Assembly (NCBI GenBank): GCA_031835245.2
Contig: JAVKOQ020000003.1
Location: 186,001 to 250,000, forward strand
DNA: 64,000 nt
Reading direction: 5' to 3'
Source of the DNA: Balamuthia mandrillaris
Lineage: Eukaryota
The notes under the pieces are model-generated. The model was not told the DNA's origin. It was given only the letters and a program-made list of their open reading frames with translations, and searched no databases. Each line of letters opens with the position of its first letter. Within the stretch, counting starts at the first letter, position 1. Of this stretch, positions 1-12,586 are shown piece after piece. A program made the translations under genes and the position numbers.

Positions 1-24
1 CGCCGATACTGCTGCTCGTTTCAG

Positions 25-345
25 GTTTTTCTTTCACCTTTTTTCTTTCTTCATTTATTTTCTTTTTTCTTTTTTCTTTTTTTTTATTCTTTTTCCTTTT
101 TTCTTTTTTTTTCTTTTTTTTACTTTTTTTTTCATTTTCATTTTTTTTCTTTTTCCTTTTTTTTTCTTTTTCTTTTTTTTTTCATTTTCATTTTCTTTAT
201 TCTTTTTCTTTTTTCTTTTTTGTTTTCTTTTTTTTTTCATTTTCTTTTTCTTTTTCATTATTTTTTCTTTTTTTCGTTTTTCGTTTTTCGTTTTCATTTT
301 CTTCTTTTCTTTTTTCTTCTTTTTTCTGTTTTTTTTTTTTTCGTG
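25..345. repeat. T-rich low-complexity tract inside an intron of the ELMO-domain gene
   Basis: Near-continuous (TTTC/TTTTC)n. The Lys-rich minus-strand ORFs here are artefacts of the tract. Confidence 0.9.
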
Positions 346-391
346 TTATATTGACATAAGAACAAAACGCAAAAAAAAAGTCTTTTACCAG

Positions 392-1113
392 AGTTGGACA
401 ACTCTCTCGCCTTGTTGGAGCAATTGAGAGCATTGATAGAGGAACTGCTGGGACTGAGCAACCAAAGCTACGACTCCTCCAACGAGGAGCATGAAGCGCT
501 TCTCGAACGGCTGTGGCAAGGTCTCAAGCCCGGGGTCCATCGCAAGCATGGTAGGAAGAGCCCGGAATGGGGAGAGCTGGGCTTTCAAGGAACGGACCCT
601 GCCACTGACTTTAGAGGCATGGGCATCCTTGGCCTCACAAACCTTGTGTAAGTATCTCTCTTCTCGCTTTCTTTCTTGTCTTGCCGTTCTCTCTAGCGTT
701 CTCTCTATTTCTCATTCTTTCTTTTTGATAGATACTTTGCCGAAAACTATCCAGAAAAAGCAAGACTCACGTTAGCAGACTCAGTGAATCCAAACCACGA
801 GTATCCTCTGGCTATTACCGGCATCAACCTCACCAAAATGCTTTTATCCTTCCTTCACAAAGACCTTACGCGTTCCGTTAGATCTTCCTCTTCCTCCGCG
901 AAACTTTGCAACACTCTGTTGCATCAACACTTTCTGAGCAAAGGCTGCAGCTTGACAACCTTCAACGAGCTCTACAGCCACGTCCTCTTTACCTTTGGCC
1001 GCGTTTATGTCAGCAAGCGACCGGAGAACATTCTGCAGTTCCCTCGTATCCACGATGAATTCAAAGCAAACCTCGTTTTGAAGCTGGAAAGCGATGGCGT
1101 TCTGCATTTCTGA
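392..1113 (+). CDS. ELMO/CED-12 domain protein (ELMOD-like Arf/Arl GAP), 3' part; begins upstream of window
   Basis: Exons 392-647 and 732-1113 (GTAAGT...TAG intron). Motifs WGELGFQGTDPATDFRGMGILGL and YPLAITGINLT are typical of ELMOD. Confidence 0.9.
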
Positions 1114-1193
1114 GATATTGTATGTTTATTTACAATCTTTTTTTCCTTCTTTTCTTGCTTCTTCCTTCTTTCTTGTTCTTGTGCTGCTCTCTA

Positions 1194-2535
1194 TCATCGC
1201 ATGTTGAGCAACAAACAAAGCTCAACTAGTTTTGTACTTTCGAAAAAGTCCAGCATGACAACGTTCATTCGAAACTGATCCGCCCATTCCTCTTCGACCC
1301 ACTGCAGAACCAACGGGCTCACGTTGCTCGCCATCCTCTTCAAACTAGTATTCTTTCCCAGCACGTTGAAGATGCCTTTACATATGAATGAGACATCCGG
1401 GGTTAACACTCCCTGCAACACAAAGAAAGGCAACTCTCCTCCTTCTGCGTTGCTCCTTCTCTTCTCCTCACGCATAACCAGCTGTTGGTGTAGCTTTTGT
1501 TTGAGCTCTGGGAGATGCGTTGTGTTGGGCCAGGGAGAGGAGATGCCACTCCGTGGCCACAACCACCGATGCCGTTGCACAGAGGTTCGGTGATGATAAA
1601 ACACCAACACACGTTTCTCACTCTTCCACAACTCGTTCAACTTTAGTGCTTCTTCTTCTGCTCTATCCCTCTTCCTTCTGGCTGTGGTTGTGTGGCTGAG
1701 CCGAGGAATGAGCAGAGAGCCAAAGGTTTGTTGGATGAGGTCTTCGAGGAGCCGATGGGAGCTCTCGCTCATCGCGTAAAAGTGGTTCAGGTCCAGAAGG
1801 ACGACCTCCTTCTTGTTCTCTCGCAGGAAGCGAAGCACGGAGGAGAGCTCGTCTTGAATGTGGGCGCCGAACAACGCGTGACAGGTGAAGAGCTCTTTGG
1901 GGACAAATGTTCGTGAAGATGGTTTTTCCGTTTCTCCTTCGTCGCCCTCTTCGTCTTCCTCCTCCGCCTCTTTCTCGTCTTCTTCTTTCTTCCGCAAAGT
2001 TCCTCTTTCTTTGTTTTCCTCTTTTGTTGTTGAAGCCACAAGAGAATGGAAGTTAGGGAACCGATCCGAAGAGCGCCCTATTCGGAGATCAAGATAACGT
2101 ATTCCAGCTATCCACAACAACAACAACAACAGAAGGAAAAAAAAAGTGTTCTGTTAATCTTTCTTAATCAATTGTGAAGATTATTTTTTCAAACTCAATA
2201 ACATCGATCATACCTTGTAATTGTTGGTAGAGGGAGAGCGATTGAGTGACGGCCCAGTCCCGGACGAACCGCTTGGGCATTCGTTGCACGAAGGAGGAGG
2301 CATCGGGGGCAAAGGACGAGCGGCTGGTCAGGCAGTACGTGGCCGAGTCGTGCGTGCCTGGAAGCGCCACTTCCTTCAAGGTCTTGTGGCCGATCCAAGG
2401 CGCCATGTCTTCCATCCATCGGTGCGGTCGTACTTCTTCAATCACATCGCTGTCATCGTCGCCGTCGTCGCCCGCTGTTGGTGAAAGCCTCCTCACCCTC
2501 AGCCGTATAACTTCTTCATTTGTGCTTCCTTCCAT
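1194..2535 (-). CDS. PI-PLC X-domain containing protein (PLCXD-like)
   Basis: Exons 2535-2214 and 2107-1194. Motifs WM..., LPGTHDS, TQSLSLYQQLQAGIRYLDLR, EVVLLDLNH, WPNT, NVVMLDF. Confidence 0.9.
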
Positions 2536-2601
2536 CTTGTTCCTTTCCTCCTCTTTCTTTTTATTATTTTTCAAGTTATAAGATAGGATGTAACGCTTTT
2601 T

Positions 2602-3544
2602 CTAAAAGTTAACAGTACCGCCGCTTTGGTCGCGCAATGCACCCTCCTGACGCTTTTGGGTGTAGAAGCAGAACCCTGCTAGCATAACAACGACAGCGAC
2701 GACCACGACCACCGCTGCGCAAACCACGAGCGCAACCATCCCTCCTGTGCCCAATCCGCTGTACTCATCCTCTTCCTCCTCCTCCGCCTCGTTGTTGCTG
2801 CCAGTCAGAATGATGGCAAAGTCTGGGTCAAAGTACATGTGCTCGTGAAAGAAAGGCAACTCGATGGTATTGTCCAGCGTTCGAACGGCCTGCGGTGTCT
2901 CCTCCCCGGATTCCAGCCCTGGAAAGTTGAATGCGGCGAGCTTGTATTGATGATACATTCCATCCAGCTCAACAAAAGAAAGGACAGTTACATTTATCGC
3001 TCCCCCTGTTGGGAACAAAAAGAATAGAGCGGGGTAAGGTGAGGAGGACGAAGAATAAAAAGATGAAGAAGAAGACGAAGGAGCGCTAAACCTATGGGTC
3101 CTTGTGTCGAAAGAATGGAGTTTATAAGGAAACTCTCGTTCTTTGGGATGAAAGGCATTAGCCCACCACCTTCGTGCCATACAAAAGGTTCACTGCTATG
3201 AATCCTTGTTCTTATTCGCATGATGTTGCTCTCATTTCGGAACTTCCAGTTCTTGTTTTTAGAGTGCATCAGATATACGAAAGAAGAGAGATCAACACGA
3301 GACGCGGAGAAGTTGAAGCAAAAAGAAGAAGAGGTAGTAACATACCTTAAAGCGAACGTCAAACTTGAAGCCATCTTCGTTGATGAGATGGGTGAAATTA
3401 GCGAATGGAAAATAGATCTCTGTTGGCTTCTCGAACCAATAATATGTTAACGATAACTCGGTTTCATTAAAATATGTCTGAAGAATAACTTCATGAATGA
3501 TACCTCCTGCAATAGAACAAAAATGAGAAAGAGAGAAGGGAGAG

Positions 3545-3593
<49 letters not shown>

Positions 3594-3977
3594 AGAGTGA
3601 ACTGAACCATCTGGAGTGGATGATATGTTTTCGGAGACGTTAAAAACAAAATTGGGAGAAAGGCAGTCCAAAAGAAACACCTCCTCTCCTTCCGCCGTAA
3701 ACTCACCGAGCCACGCCGGGGTTAACAAGAAGTACTGCGAGGTTATCTTTCCACCTGGACTATCCCGAACAGATACATTCATCGCAAACTCAGAGAAGGT
3801 AGCCTGCCAGTTCTCTTTTACGGCACATTAGAGGATTCGGTTGTGCTCGAGATAGAACGAAGCTTGAAAACTCAACAAATACGCACTTGCGTCAATGGTA
3901 AAGGGATGACTTTCAGAGGAACGCACTGTTGCCAAAGGAAACGCTAGAAACAAGAGAAGCATGTACACAGAGAACAT
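2602..3977 (-). CDS. Single-pass type I membrane protein of unknown function (multi-exon)
   Basis: Signal-peptide-like start MFSVYMLLLFLAFPLATVRS. Spliced ORFs end in the YFDPDFAII motif, a hydrophobic TM segment (MVALVVCAAVVVVVAVVVMLAG) and a short cytosolic tail. Confidence 0.65.
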
Positions 3978-4196
3978 TTTCGAGCTGCTGAGAACCTTAC
4001 GCGCAGCACGCAGAACCTGACGACAAGTTCAAACTTTTCGGTGGACTTTTTAATCGTCATTTCAATGCTTCAATCAGGAGGTATCACCGTAACTCGGTCC
4101 TATCAACCTATAGTGGTATATATTAATGAGGAGGTTTAAAAAAGGACAGAATGTTTGAATTTTGATTGGAAGAGTATTACTGGGGAAGAAAGCCAA

Positions 4197-5521
4197 ATGG
4201 AAGCAGCGGCGCCACAACGTTCGGCGGAGGGAGAAGGCGTGCGCATAGTCTCATGGAACGTGCACAGTTGGTCAGACAACAAGTTTCGCAAAAGCTTCGA
4301 CTCCATATTGCAAGAGCTGAGAGGCCTTGCTCCCGACATTTTGGTCCTCAACGAAGCCACCCACCCGCGCTCCGCCGCGCAGTGCTCCCAAGGAACGTCT
4401 CCGGCAGACATGCGCAAAGACCCAAAGGACTACTCCTCTTCACGCGCCATCGCGGGGTTATATAATGGTGACTCAAAGTTCAACTCGTCTTCAACCAGCC
4501 AAATATTTCATTATACACAAAAGCAGAACGCAGAAGAGGAGCCGGCTGTTAACCCACGAGCCTATGACACGTACTTAGAACGGATTTCGGTGGCTCTGGA
4601 CCTTCCGCACTGGCTGTTCTCGGAGGCCACAGCGCTTGGTAATGCGGTGCTTAGCCGGTGGCCTCTTGAAAGGTCGCAAGCGCTTGTAATGCCTTGCCTC
4701 GATTTGGGAGGACATTATCATGAGACCCGCTCTTGTATTGCTACCTCCATATCCGTTCCCACTGTACGTCCATGCATTCTAAGTGTCGTTGTGTCTATGA
4801 ATCGATTCTCGTGCTGTTCTCACTTTTCGCATCATTGTTTTCTCTTTATATTGTATCTCTCTTTTGTTATGTCTCTTTCCCTTTCGTCGTTTCTTTGTCT
4901 CTTCCTTTAATATACGGCGCTAACACAAGAATGCCGCCCAAGAAAAAAGGAGGAGCACAACCAATAAATCTCTTTGCTACACATTTAGATCAACGCTCTG
5001 AAGAAGCTCGAATGATTCAAATCCAAAAGTGCTTTCAATTCATCAACTCCTTCCAATCCTCCTCGGCCTCAAACTCAGTGAGTCTACTGGTAGGCGATTT
5101 GAATGCATTCACAAAAGAGGACTGCAGCGAGGCTCATTGGAGCGCTATCGTGCACCATTTCAACACACACGGATGGACGTTGCCTGAGGATCGTGTTATC
5201 CCTTTCATCAAGAGCCAAGGCTTTGTGGATTGTTTCTCTTCTTCTCCTTCTTGTGCTTCTTCTTCTGCTTCTTCAAAACAAAGCGTAGCTGGAGATGACT
5301 TTGACGATGGAGAAGAGCAAGACGAAGAGAAGAGCATGGCAATGAGCGAAGTGGACAAAGCGAAATGTTCTGTTTGGACGGGGCGGCCGTTGCTACGCAT
5401 TGACCACGCTTTTGCCAGCAACAACGCGCACGAGCGACTCGTCATCCGCAGCTGCGAGGTGGTACAGAGCTGCGTAGCGTCCGACCACTATCCCCTGCTT
5501 CTGCGCCTCAAACAAAACTAA
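4197..5521 (+). CDS. Endonuclease/exonuclease/phosphatase (EEP) family protein
   Basis: Motifs VSWNV, DILVLNE, GNAVLSRWP, THLD, GDLN, RIDH, SDHYP. One intron at about 4764-4942. Confidence 0.9.
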
Positions 5522-5800
5522 TGCCGTATAGTGGTCATCCAATCAAAATCATGAAATACCGCGAAATGTGAAAGAAATATGGTGGAAACAATACAAAAAT
5601 CAAAATTTAACGATAAAAATTGAAAAAAAATTGAAAAAAAGAAACGAAAAAGATCAACAAAGAAGAGGCGACAACACACACCTACCTCGGCGTAACATGT
5701 CCTTCCCAAAGCAGTTTCCTGGTATGTGACACACTTCACTCCCTCTTTCTTATGTGTGATTTTTTTAAATCAAAAATTATTTTAAAAACAAGGTCAGCGC

Positions 5801-6088
5801 ATGAGTGCTGCTTTCAAAGAGGGACCCACCATCGAAGTGTTCTTGGACCTTCATGTTCGTACTCTTTCTCTCTCTCTCTCTCTCTCTCGTTGCGTTTCCA
5901 CCAACTTATTTTCCAACGGTTGCAAACAACAGTGTCCCTTTTGCAAGAAAGCCTACCCCAAGCTGAAGGAGCTGGTCGGCCACTATGGCGAGGAAAGGCT
6001 GCAGGTGGTCATGTTCAACTGGGTACAGCCTTGGCACGCTCAGGTTCGTGTCCTCTTGTGTGTTGAGGAGAGAGGAGAGAGCAAAGAG

Positions 6089-6132
<44 letters not shown>

Positions 6133-6763
6133 AAAAGTGAATTTAAGAGGAGAGAGAGAGAGGACTGAAGAGGAGATGAGAGAAGAAACGTAACTCACAT
6201 GGGATAACGTGAACGTGAAGGCGACATGGCTGCACCAAGCCGCGCTTGCGGCGTCTATGTTTGAGGACAAGTCCATGTATTGGAAAATGGTGGACTTGCT
6301 CTACGAGCACCAAGATGAATGTACGTGTAAAACTCCTTCTGGTCTTTTGAGATATCTTTAACGATGTCGTCCTTCCATCAATCCAAAAGTCTCTGACGAG
6401 AAAACAGAGAACATGAGCAAGGCTGATATGTTCAACGTGCTCACGGACTATGCTGGTTCTCTTGGCATGGACAAAGAAACCTTTGCTGCCAATCTTCGCA
6501 GCAACCAAGTCATCCAACTGATGAAATGGGAGTTGAAGGTACCCTCATTTACTTCTTTCCAGAAGAGAGAAAGGAGAGAGCGCGCAACATGAGAGAACAA
6601 GAGATTTTACTAACGCAAAAACACAAAAAAAAAATAGTATGGAAGACAAAACGGCATTCACTCATCTCCAACGTTCATGGTGAATGGTTTGTTGGCGCCC
6701 AACCTGTCCAGCGGCACCTCCATCGAGCAGTGGAAGGAGTTCTTGGACCCTTTGATGCCCTGA
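5801..6763 (+). CDS. DsbA/thioredoxin-fold protein (CPFC active site)
   Basis: Five exons splice to EVFLDLH|CPFCKKAY...QPWHAQ|ATWLH...KWELK|YGRQNGIHSSPTFMVNG. CxxC and the cis-Pro SPTF motif are present. Confidence 0.85.
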
Positions 6764-7023
6764 ATCACGCTCGCACCGGTGGTAGTCTGATGCTTTGGCT
6801 GGCCTATACTGATTTTAATCAAACCACCAATCAAAAACCAAACAGCATGACCACTATAATAGTCGACAAACAGTAAACGATTTCTTTTGGCCTCTGCTGC
6901 TGCTTTCTTCGAAAAGCTTGGACGCGAGAATGCCTCACCCTTTTATACGCTTGTTAGGAAGGCAAGCAAAGTCTTCAAGTACCTTCTTCCACACCAAAAC
7001 TTAGCGACACGCGTTGAACACAG

Positions 7024-8604
7024 ATGGAGCAACAGAGAATGCTGCAGAAGAACCACAGGCCACATGCCGTTATCATCGGCGGTGGTATCGCCGGCTGCGC
7101 ACTAGGCTTGTTCCTCGCCTGCGAGAGCGGCTTTCGTGTGTCCATATTCGAGGCGTACTCTCGCACTCAGGCGGTCAATGGTGGGATCGGCGGTGGCCTG
7201 CAGCTGGCCCCCAATGGCATGCGCGTCCTGAAGCATCTCGGCTTGGCGGAGCGGCTGCGTAGGTTGGGTGTGGAGAGCCCCTGCTTTGAGTTCCGAGGAC
7301 ACGATGGACACCTTATTGTGCGCACGCACGTCGATCCCAAGGGTAGGTACGACCAGCCCTCCGTCCTGATGACACGTGCAACACTACACCAGGTCCTCGT
7401 GGAGGCCGTAGAGCACGAGCAGGAGCAGAACAACAACACCACCATCGAGTTTGACAAGCGCCTCGTCGGCGCCAGCGGCATAGAAGCTGAGGATGAAGCC
7501 TACGATTTGGCAGATGCCAACAGCGGGCCAGTAATGCTGCAGTTTGAGGATGGAAGTCGGGCGTGTGGGGACTTGGTCGTCTGCGCTGATGGAGTGCATT
7601 CTAAGATGCGGAGCCTGCTGCTGGGCGAAGACGACCCTAAGGCATGCTACTTGGGCCTCGTCTCTCTCGGTGGCTTTGCTCACTCCGATATCTTCCTTGA
7701 AAAGCCGGAGAGCGAGCAGGGCGTCATCAACTTCCTCTTCTCGCCCGAAGGCAGTATGATGGGGTACTGCCGTGCTACAGGAGACGACCCTCGCCTTGTC
7801 ATGTGGTGGCGCAACATGCAGGTGGCCAACCATCCAAAGCTCATGCAGCTTCTAGGCCTGAGTTCGGCAGCCGACGAGCGCCTATATCAACCACCCACAA
7901 AGGAGGAGCTGCAGGCAATGGATACTGACGAGCTCAAGCGTTGCATCCTGCACTTGCCTGGTGGAGAGGAGTGGTCGCCTGTGTTGCGCCAGATGGTAGA
8001 GGACACCGATACTATCCTGCGTGGCACCATCAGCGACGTGGTTCATATTCCTCGGTGGGCACAAGGTCGCGCATGTCTGATCGGAGATGCAGCCCACGCC
8101 GTCAGTCCACACTCAGGCCAGGGCGCATCGCTGGCGCTGGAGGACTCTATGTTCCTTGCAAAGATGCTACGACTTGCTTTGCATGAGCATCGGTCGCGCC
8201 ATGAACATGACGACGAAGATCTCCCATTCCCGATAACCCTCCTGCAGCGTGCGTTCAAGGCTTATGAGCATGGCCGCAAGGCAAGAGTGGAGAAGATCGT
8301 AGCAGAAGGGCGGCGCAGAGGTGAGCAAAGAAGAAACACAAAAGAGGAGCCCTCAGGACCTGGAGCTGTGAAGAGATGGCTGATAGAGGGCATGATGTAC
8401 CTCGCCTTCAAGCACCTCGCTCAGCCCCTGTTTGGCCAGGTCTTTGGATATCGAATCGAGTGGGACGACGGCAAGACCCTTCGCCAGATCGAAGCGGAGC
8501 AGCGAGAGCAAGCAAGCGGCGCATGGGCAAAGACTGTGGGCACAGCGGTGATACTTACAGCTGTGCTTGTTCCCGTTGTTGCCCTTCTTCTACACCGACG
8601 GTAA
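7024..8604 (+). CDS. FAD-dependent monooxygenase (class A flavoprotein, salicylate hydroxylase/UbiH-like), intronless
   Basis: GGGIAG, ADGVHS and LIGDAAH...GQG fingerprints. C-terminal hydrophobic tail. Confidence 0.92.
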   Translation: MEQQRMLQKNHRPHAVIIGGGIAGCALGLFLACESGFRVSIFEAYSRTQAVNGGIGGGLQLAPNGMRVLKHLGLAERLRRLGVESPCFEFRGHDGHLIVRTHVDPKGRYDQPSVLMTRATLHQVLVEAVEHEQEQNNNTTIEFDKRLVGASGIEAEDEAYDLADANSGPVMLQFEDGSRACGDLVVCADGVHSKMRSLLLGEDDPKACYLGLVSLGGFAHSDIFLEKPESEQGVINFLFSPEGSMMGYCRATGDDPRLVMWWRNMQVANHPKLMQLLGLSSAADERLYQPPTKEELQAMDTDELKRCILHLPGGEEWSPVLRQMVEDTDTILRGTISDVVHIPRWAQGRACLIGDAAHAVSPHSGQGASLALEDSMFLAKMLRLALHEHRSRHEHDDEDLPFPITLLQRAFKAYEHGRKARVEKIVAEGRRRGEQRRNTKEEPSGPGAVKRWLIEGMMYLAFKHLAQPLFGQVFGYRIEWDDGKTLRQIEAEQREQASGAWAKTVGTAVILTAVLVPVVALLLHRR

Positions 8605-8959
8605 GGTCAACTGCGCAACACAATCTCTTGGCTGTTCAAAGAAAAAAGAACTGCATTACCTCCATATGCTATAACGATGCCGAACGAACAACCACCGCCG
8701 TTGACGTGTCTTCTGTGTGACCAAGTGCAATCACGCCAGTGCAATCCTTCGTAACAAACGACAATAAAAGTCTATAAAGCCTATGGTGACATCAGCTGCG
8801 CGTATCTGGTTGCTGCGGACCAGGAGGCGGAGGAGGGATGATGGCAGGGTGCTGAGACGAATTTGAAAAGCTACAGAGAGAGAGAGAGGCTTGAAGTTTT
8901 CATTCTACTAGTTTGGTGGCGCTAACCTCCCCTTCCCCCAGCACCTACCGGAACACGGC

Positions 8960-10304
8960 ATGTCCACAAAGGACCAACATCGCCGGGTGTATGATGTTAT
9001 CGTCGTGGGAGCTGGTACTTGAGTTGTTTTGTTGGTTTCATTGAACACACACAAACAGTTCATGTTGAACCCTCCTCCTCCCTGCGCTTTCCTGTTGAAC
9101 AACATAGGTCCAGCAGGGCTTTGCGCTTGTGCCCTGCTCCAAGAGCGCAACTGCGACTTTTTGTTGATAGATGCGGGTCGCTCCATCCACGAACGAAGCA
9201 GGCATGACCCCCTGCAGTGCGCGGAAGGCGTTGGCGGGGCCGGCCTCTTCTCCGATGGCAAGTTCTCCTTCTATCCTTCCTCCTCGGCGCTGTGGCAACT
9301 GCCGGACAGGCCTCTCTTGCAACGAAGCTACCAGAGAGTGGTTCGTGACCTTCAAGAATACGGCTTGGGAGGTGCCGATGGTTTGCCTTCCTTTCCGACA
9401 ACAGCAATCGAGAAGAAGAAAGAGAGCACTGGAGAAGAGAGAAGAGAAGAAGGGAAAGGGGAGGAGTGGGAGTTAAAAAGGTACCCTTCGTTCTACATGT
9501 CGTTGGAGGATCGCTTACGGTTGACGCAGCGATATGCCGATGGCTTGCCCGCTTTGTTGGAGACCAAAGTCATGGACGTTACATTCAAGAGACGAAACGG
9601 AACCGATAAAGAAGAAGAGGCGGAAGACCTCGTCTGCTGTAAAGTAGTCGTGCAGCGACGACAAAGAGAGCAGCCACACAAAACCAAAGTCTCTGCAGAG
9701 AGTAGCAGTTCTGAAGAGGAGGAGGAGGAGGAACACGATGAGAAAGAAGACGGGGAGGAAGTTCAGCTGTTGTACTGCAAAAGGTTGATATTTGGAGGAG
9801 GACGGTTCGGCCCTCTTTTGTTTCCAAAGCAAGAGTCCGTGTTTCGGCGGATGGAGGTCGGCGTACGCGTGCAGGACCGCAGCCACAACCCCTTCTTCAG
9901 CCGCATCAAGCTGCTAGATCCCAAATACAAGCTTACCATCCCTTCCTCCTCCTTCTTCCATTCATCCCATTCATCCGTAGATGGGCGAACCGAAGAAGAG
10001 GCAACCACCATCGAGTGGCGGACGTTTTGTTGTTGCAGGGAAGGAGAGGTGGTGGAGGCCGGCCCTGGCGGCTTCTTCTCTGGACGGTCGGACTGCCCTC
10101 CCACTGGTCTCAGCAACATCGGGTTCAACCTTCGGTGCTGCAGCGAGAAGGACGCGCTTCTCTGCGGCCAGAAGCTCGGAAACGATTTTCAAGGACCGTT
10201 GCTGCGGTTCCTAGCAGAGCGAGAGGACTGTTTCGTTGCTGTTGGGCTTCGTAAGCTTTGTGATAGCTTTCCTGAACTCTTGGTTCGGTTCCTCCTGTTT
10301 CCTC

Positions 10305-10394
<90 letters not shown>

Positions 10395-10635
10395 TTTCTC
10401 TTCCTTCTAACGTCAACACTAACAACCACCAAAAAAGACCGAAAGCAGCCAAGTGATAGGGCCAACCATGGAGGGAGTGGGCTTCTACCCAGAGTTGGAG
10501 GAAGGGGGAGGGCTGCGCAGCCTCTGGATCGTCGGCGATAGCAGCGGCGTGTTTCGTGGCATCGTGGCCGCCATGGTCAGTGGCTATTACGTCGCTCAGG
10601 AGGTACTGGAAACTCTTTCAAAGAAGATGCACTGA
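8960..10635 (+). CDS. Uncharacterised FAD-dependent dehydrogenase/oxidoreductase
   Basis: Spliced DVIVVGAG|PAGL, GVGGAGLFSDGK, VGVRV, RTFCCC, and C-terminal GDSSGVFRGIVAAMVSG. Introns at about 9015-9107 and 10283-10437. Confidence 0.85.
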
Positions 10636-10788
10636 TATGTTCGAATAGCAAGAAGGTGAAAGTAACAAAAAACAAAAAAATGATCATGATAAAGAGGGAA
10701 AAAATAAACAAAAAAGAGAGAGGCGTAGCTCTGGTCCTTTAAAAAAATGGGTTCGTTTCAGTTTCTTCTTCTTCGTCGTCGTCTCCGT

Positions 10789-11938
10789 TTAGGCACATCG
10801 CTTCCAGATGGCATGAGCACCAAGCAGGGCCTCGATGACTCCAGCAAGACCAACCAAGCCCTTGGACTTCATGGGGTTGAGGTCCACCAGCGCAGAGCTG
10901 ATCTGCAGGTTGGCCAGCTCGCGAATCATTGCCAGCTGCAACTGCTTTTGTTCGTTCCTGTATTCCTTGAGCTCTTGGGCAGAGAGCATGCGCTTTTGCT
11001 TTCGTAGGTTCTCACGGTACCGTCCCACATTCATCAGGAAGGAGCACAACACGCCAATGAACCACCACCACATTGACCACTGAAACATATAGAAATGATG
11101 TTTAGAAAAAGAATTCAAAGGAAACAACAAATAGAAAGAGAAACAAAAAAGAAGAGAAACAACAAAAGAGATTACAAAAGAGAGAATAAAGACAAGGAGA
11201 AGCGTACATCACTGTACTTCTTGGCCTCTCCTTTGATAGCTCCATATTTGCACAGCCAAGAGAGGTTGTTGAAGAAGAAGTAGAGACTCATGCCAAAGGA
11301 CTTACCGATGCTGCCCAAGATGTAGAGGGGCTTGGTCTCCTTCAATGTTCGCAACCGTTGGATCTCCTCCAAGAATTTGAAAAAGCGAAGCAGTCTGAGG
11401 GAGACAGAAGAAAAGAACATAGAGAGGGTTGTGTTAAACACAAAGCACACACACAGAAAAAAAAAGAAGGAAACTACAAGAAAAGAAAGAAAGAACGACA
11501 TGGAATGGAAGAGTCTCAATACAAAAACTTGAACTAAAACCACAAAAACAGAGCAACAACAAACAACAAACATTCCAGCAGAGGAAGAATAACACAAACG
11601 CCAAGAAGCCAAACAAAAATAAAAGGCATTAACGCACTTCCTAACGTCGGAGATGACAGAGTCCAGCCTTTCAAAACGTTGGACGTTGGTGCTTTGAGGA
11701 GAGAACGTCAGGAACCACCATGCCACCACTCTGCTTCCGTATTGCGCAAATTTGTAGAGCTAGCCCAGATCGATGCAGGAAGAGAGCGAGAGGAGAGAGA
11801 GCAGAACACACAGAAAAAAAAAAAGGAATAGCACTTAGCAAGGATCAAAGACAAAACGACAGAAAACGGGGGGGAAAAAAATACCTTATCTCGGCCCTCC
11901 GTGAGAGCAAGGAACTTGTTCACTTGAACCAACGACAT
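10789..11938 (-). CDS. PEX11: Peroxisomal biogenesis factor 11
   Basis: Spliced product: MSLVQVNKFLALTEGRDK|LYKFAQYGSR...ISDVRK|LLRFFK...WWWFIG...GLVGLAGVIEALLG. The GRDK and RK.LR motifs and C-terminal TM match PEX11. Confidence 0.9.
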
Positions 11939-12586
11939 TCGATCTGCTGATGTTGATGATGATGGTTGGATGGGTTTTTCTTTAATCTTTTTTTTTAATG
12001 ACTCGCCACTAAAGTCCTTCCTCTGCGCTCTCTCTTTAATTGCTTTTATTGTTGTTTAAAAGGGAGCGGGAGCGGAGCGGAGAGGAAAGAAGGTTTCCGC
12101 GTTCCTTGCAACGGTCTTTTTCCTCTTTTCTGCGGTGTCGATGGTCGCTCTTGTTCCGATGGGGGAGAACACACCAGCCAACAAAAAAATAAATCCTCCT
12201 AGGGGGGACCGATCGTTGTTTTTATTGTCGACTATGTGTATCGATAAATGTCGACAAATGAACAACAAAAAGTGTCGGCAATGTAGAAAGTGCTTGAGGG
12301 GTTATTACGAATCAACATGTCACCCCTCAGAATAGTCCACAAAAATTCCTCCCGTCGAAAAAATAATAAAAAAGAAAGTGAGAAGGATCAAGGAAAGAGA
12401 GAGAACGGAAGAGAACGTTTTGAGTAGCAGTCTTTTCTCTTTTCCCCTTATTTAAGTTCAAAGGTTCAGTTATTCTTCTTCCTTTTCTTTAAAAAAAATT
12501 CAGCAAACGCAAAAAAACACTCACCTTCAACACACACCCACAGGACAAACAACACACCCACACACACACACACACACCACAAAATC

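Noticed and set aside
55..433. Lys/Glu-rich ORFs (also at 19538-20051, 31944-32459, 33001-33544, 41513-42073)
   Set aside because: They are translations of intronic or intergenic microsatellites and have no protein-like content.
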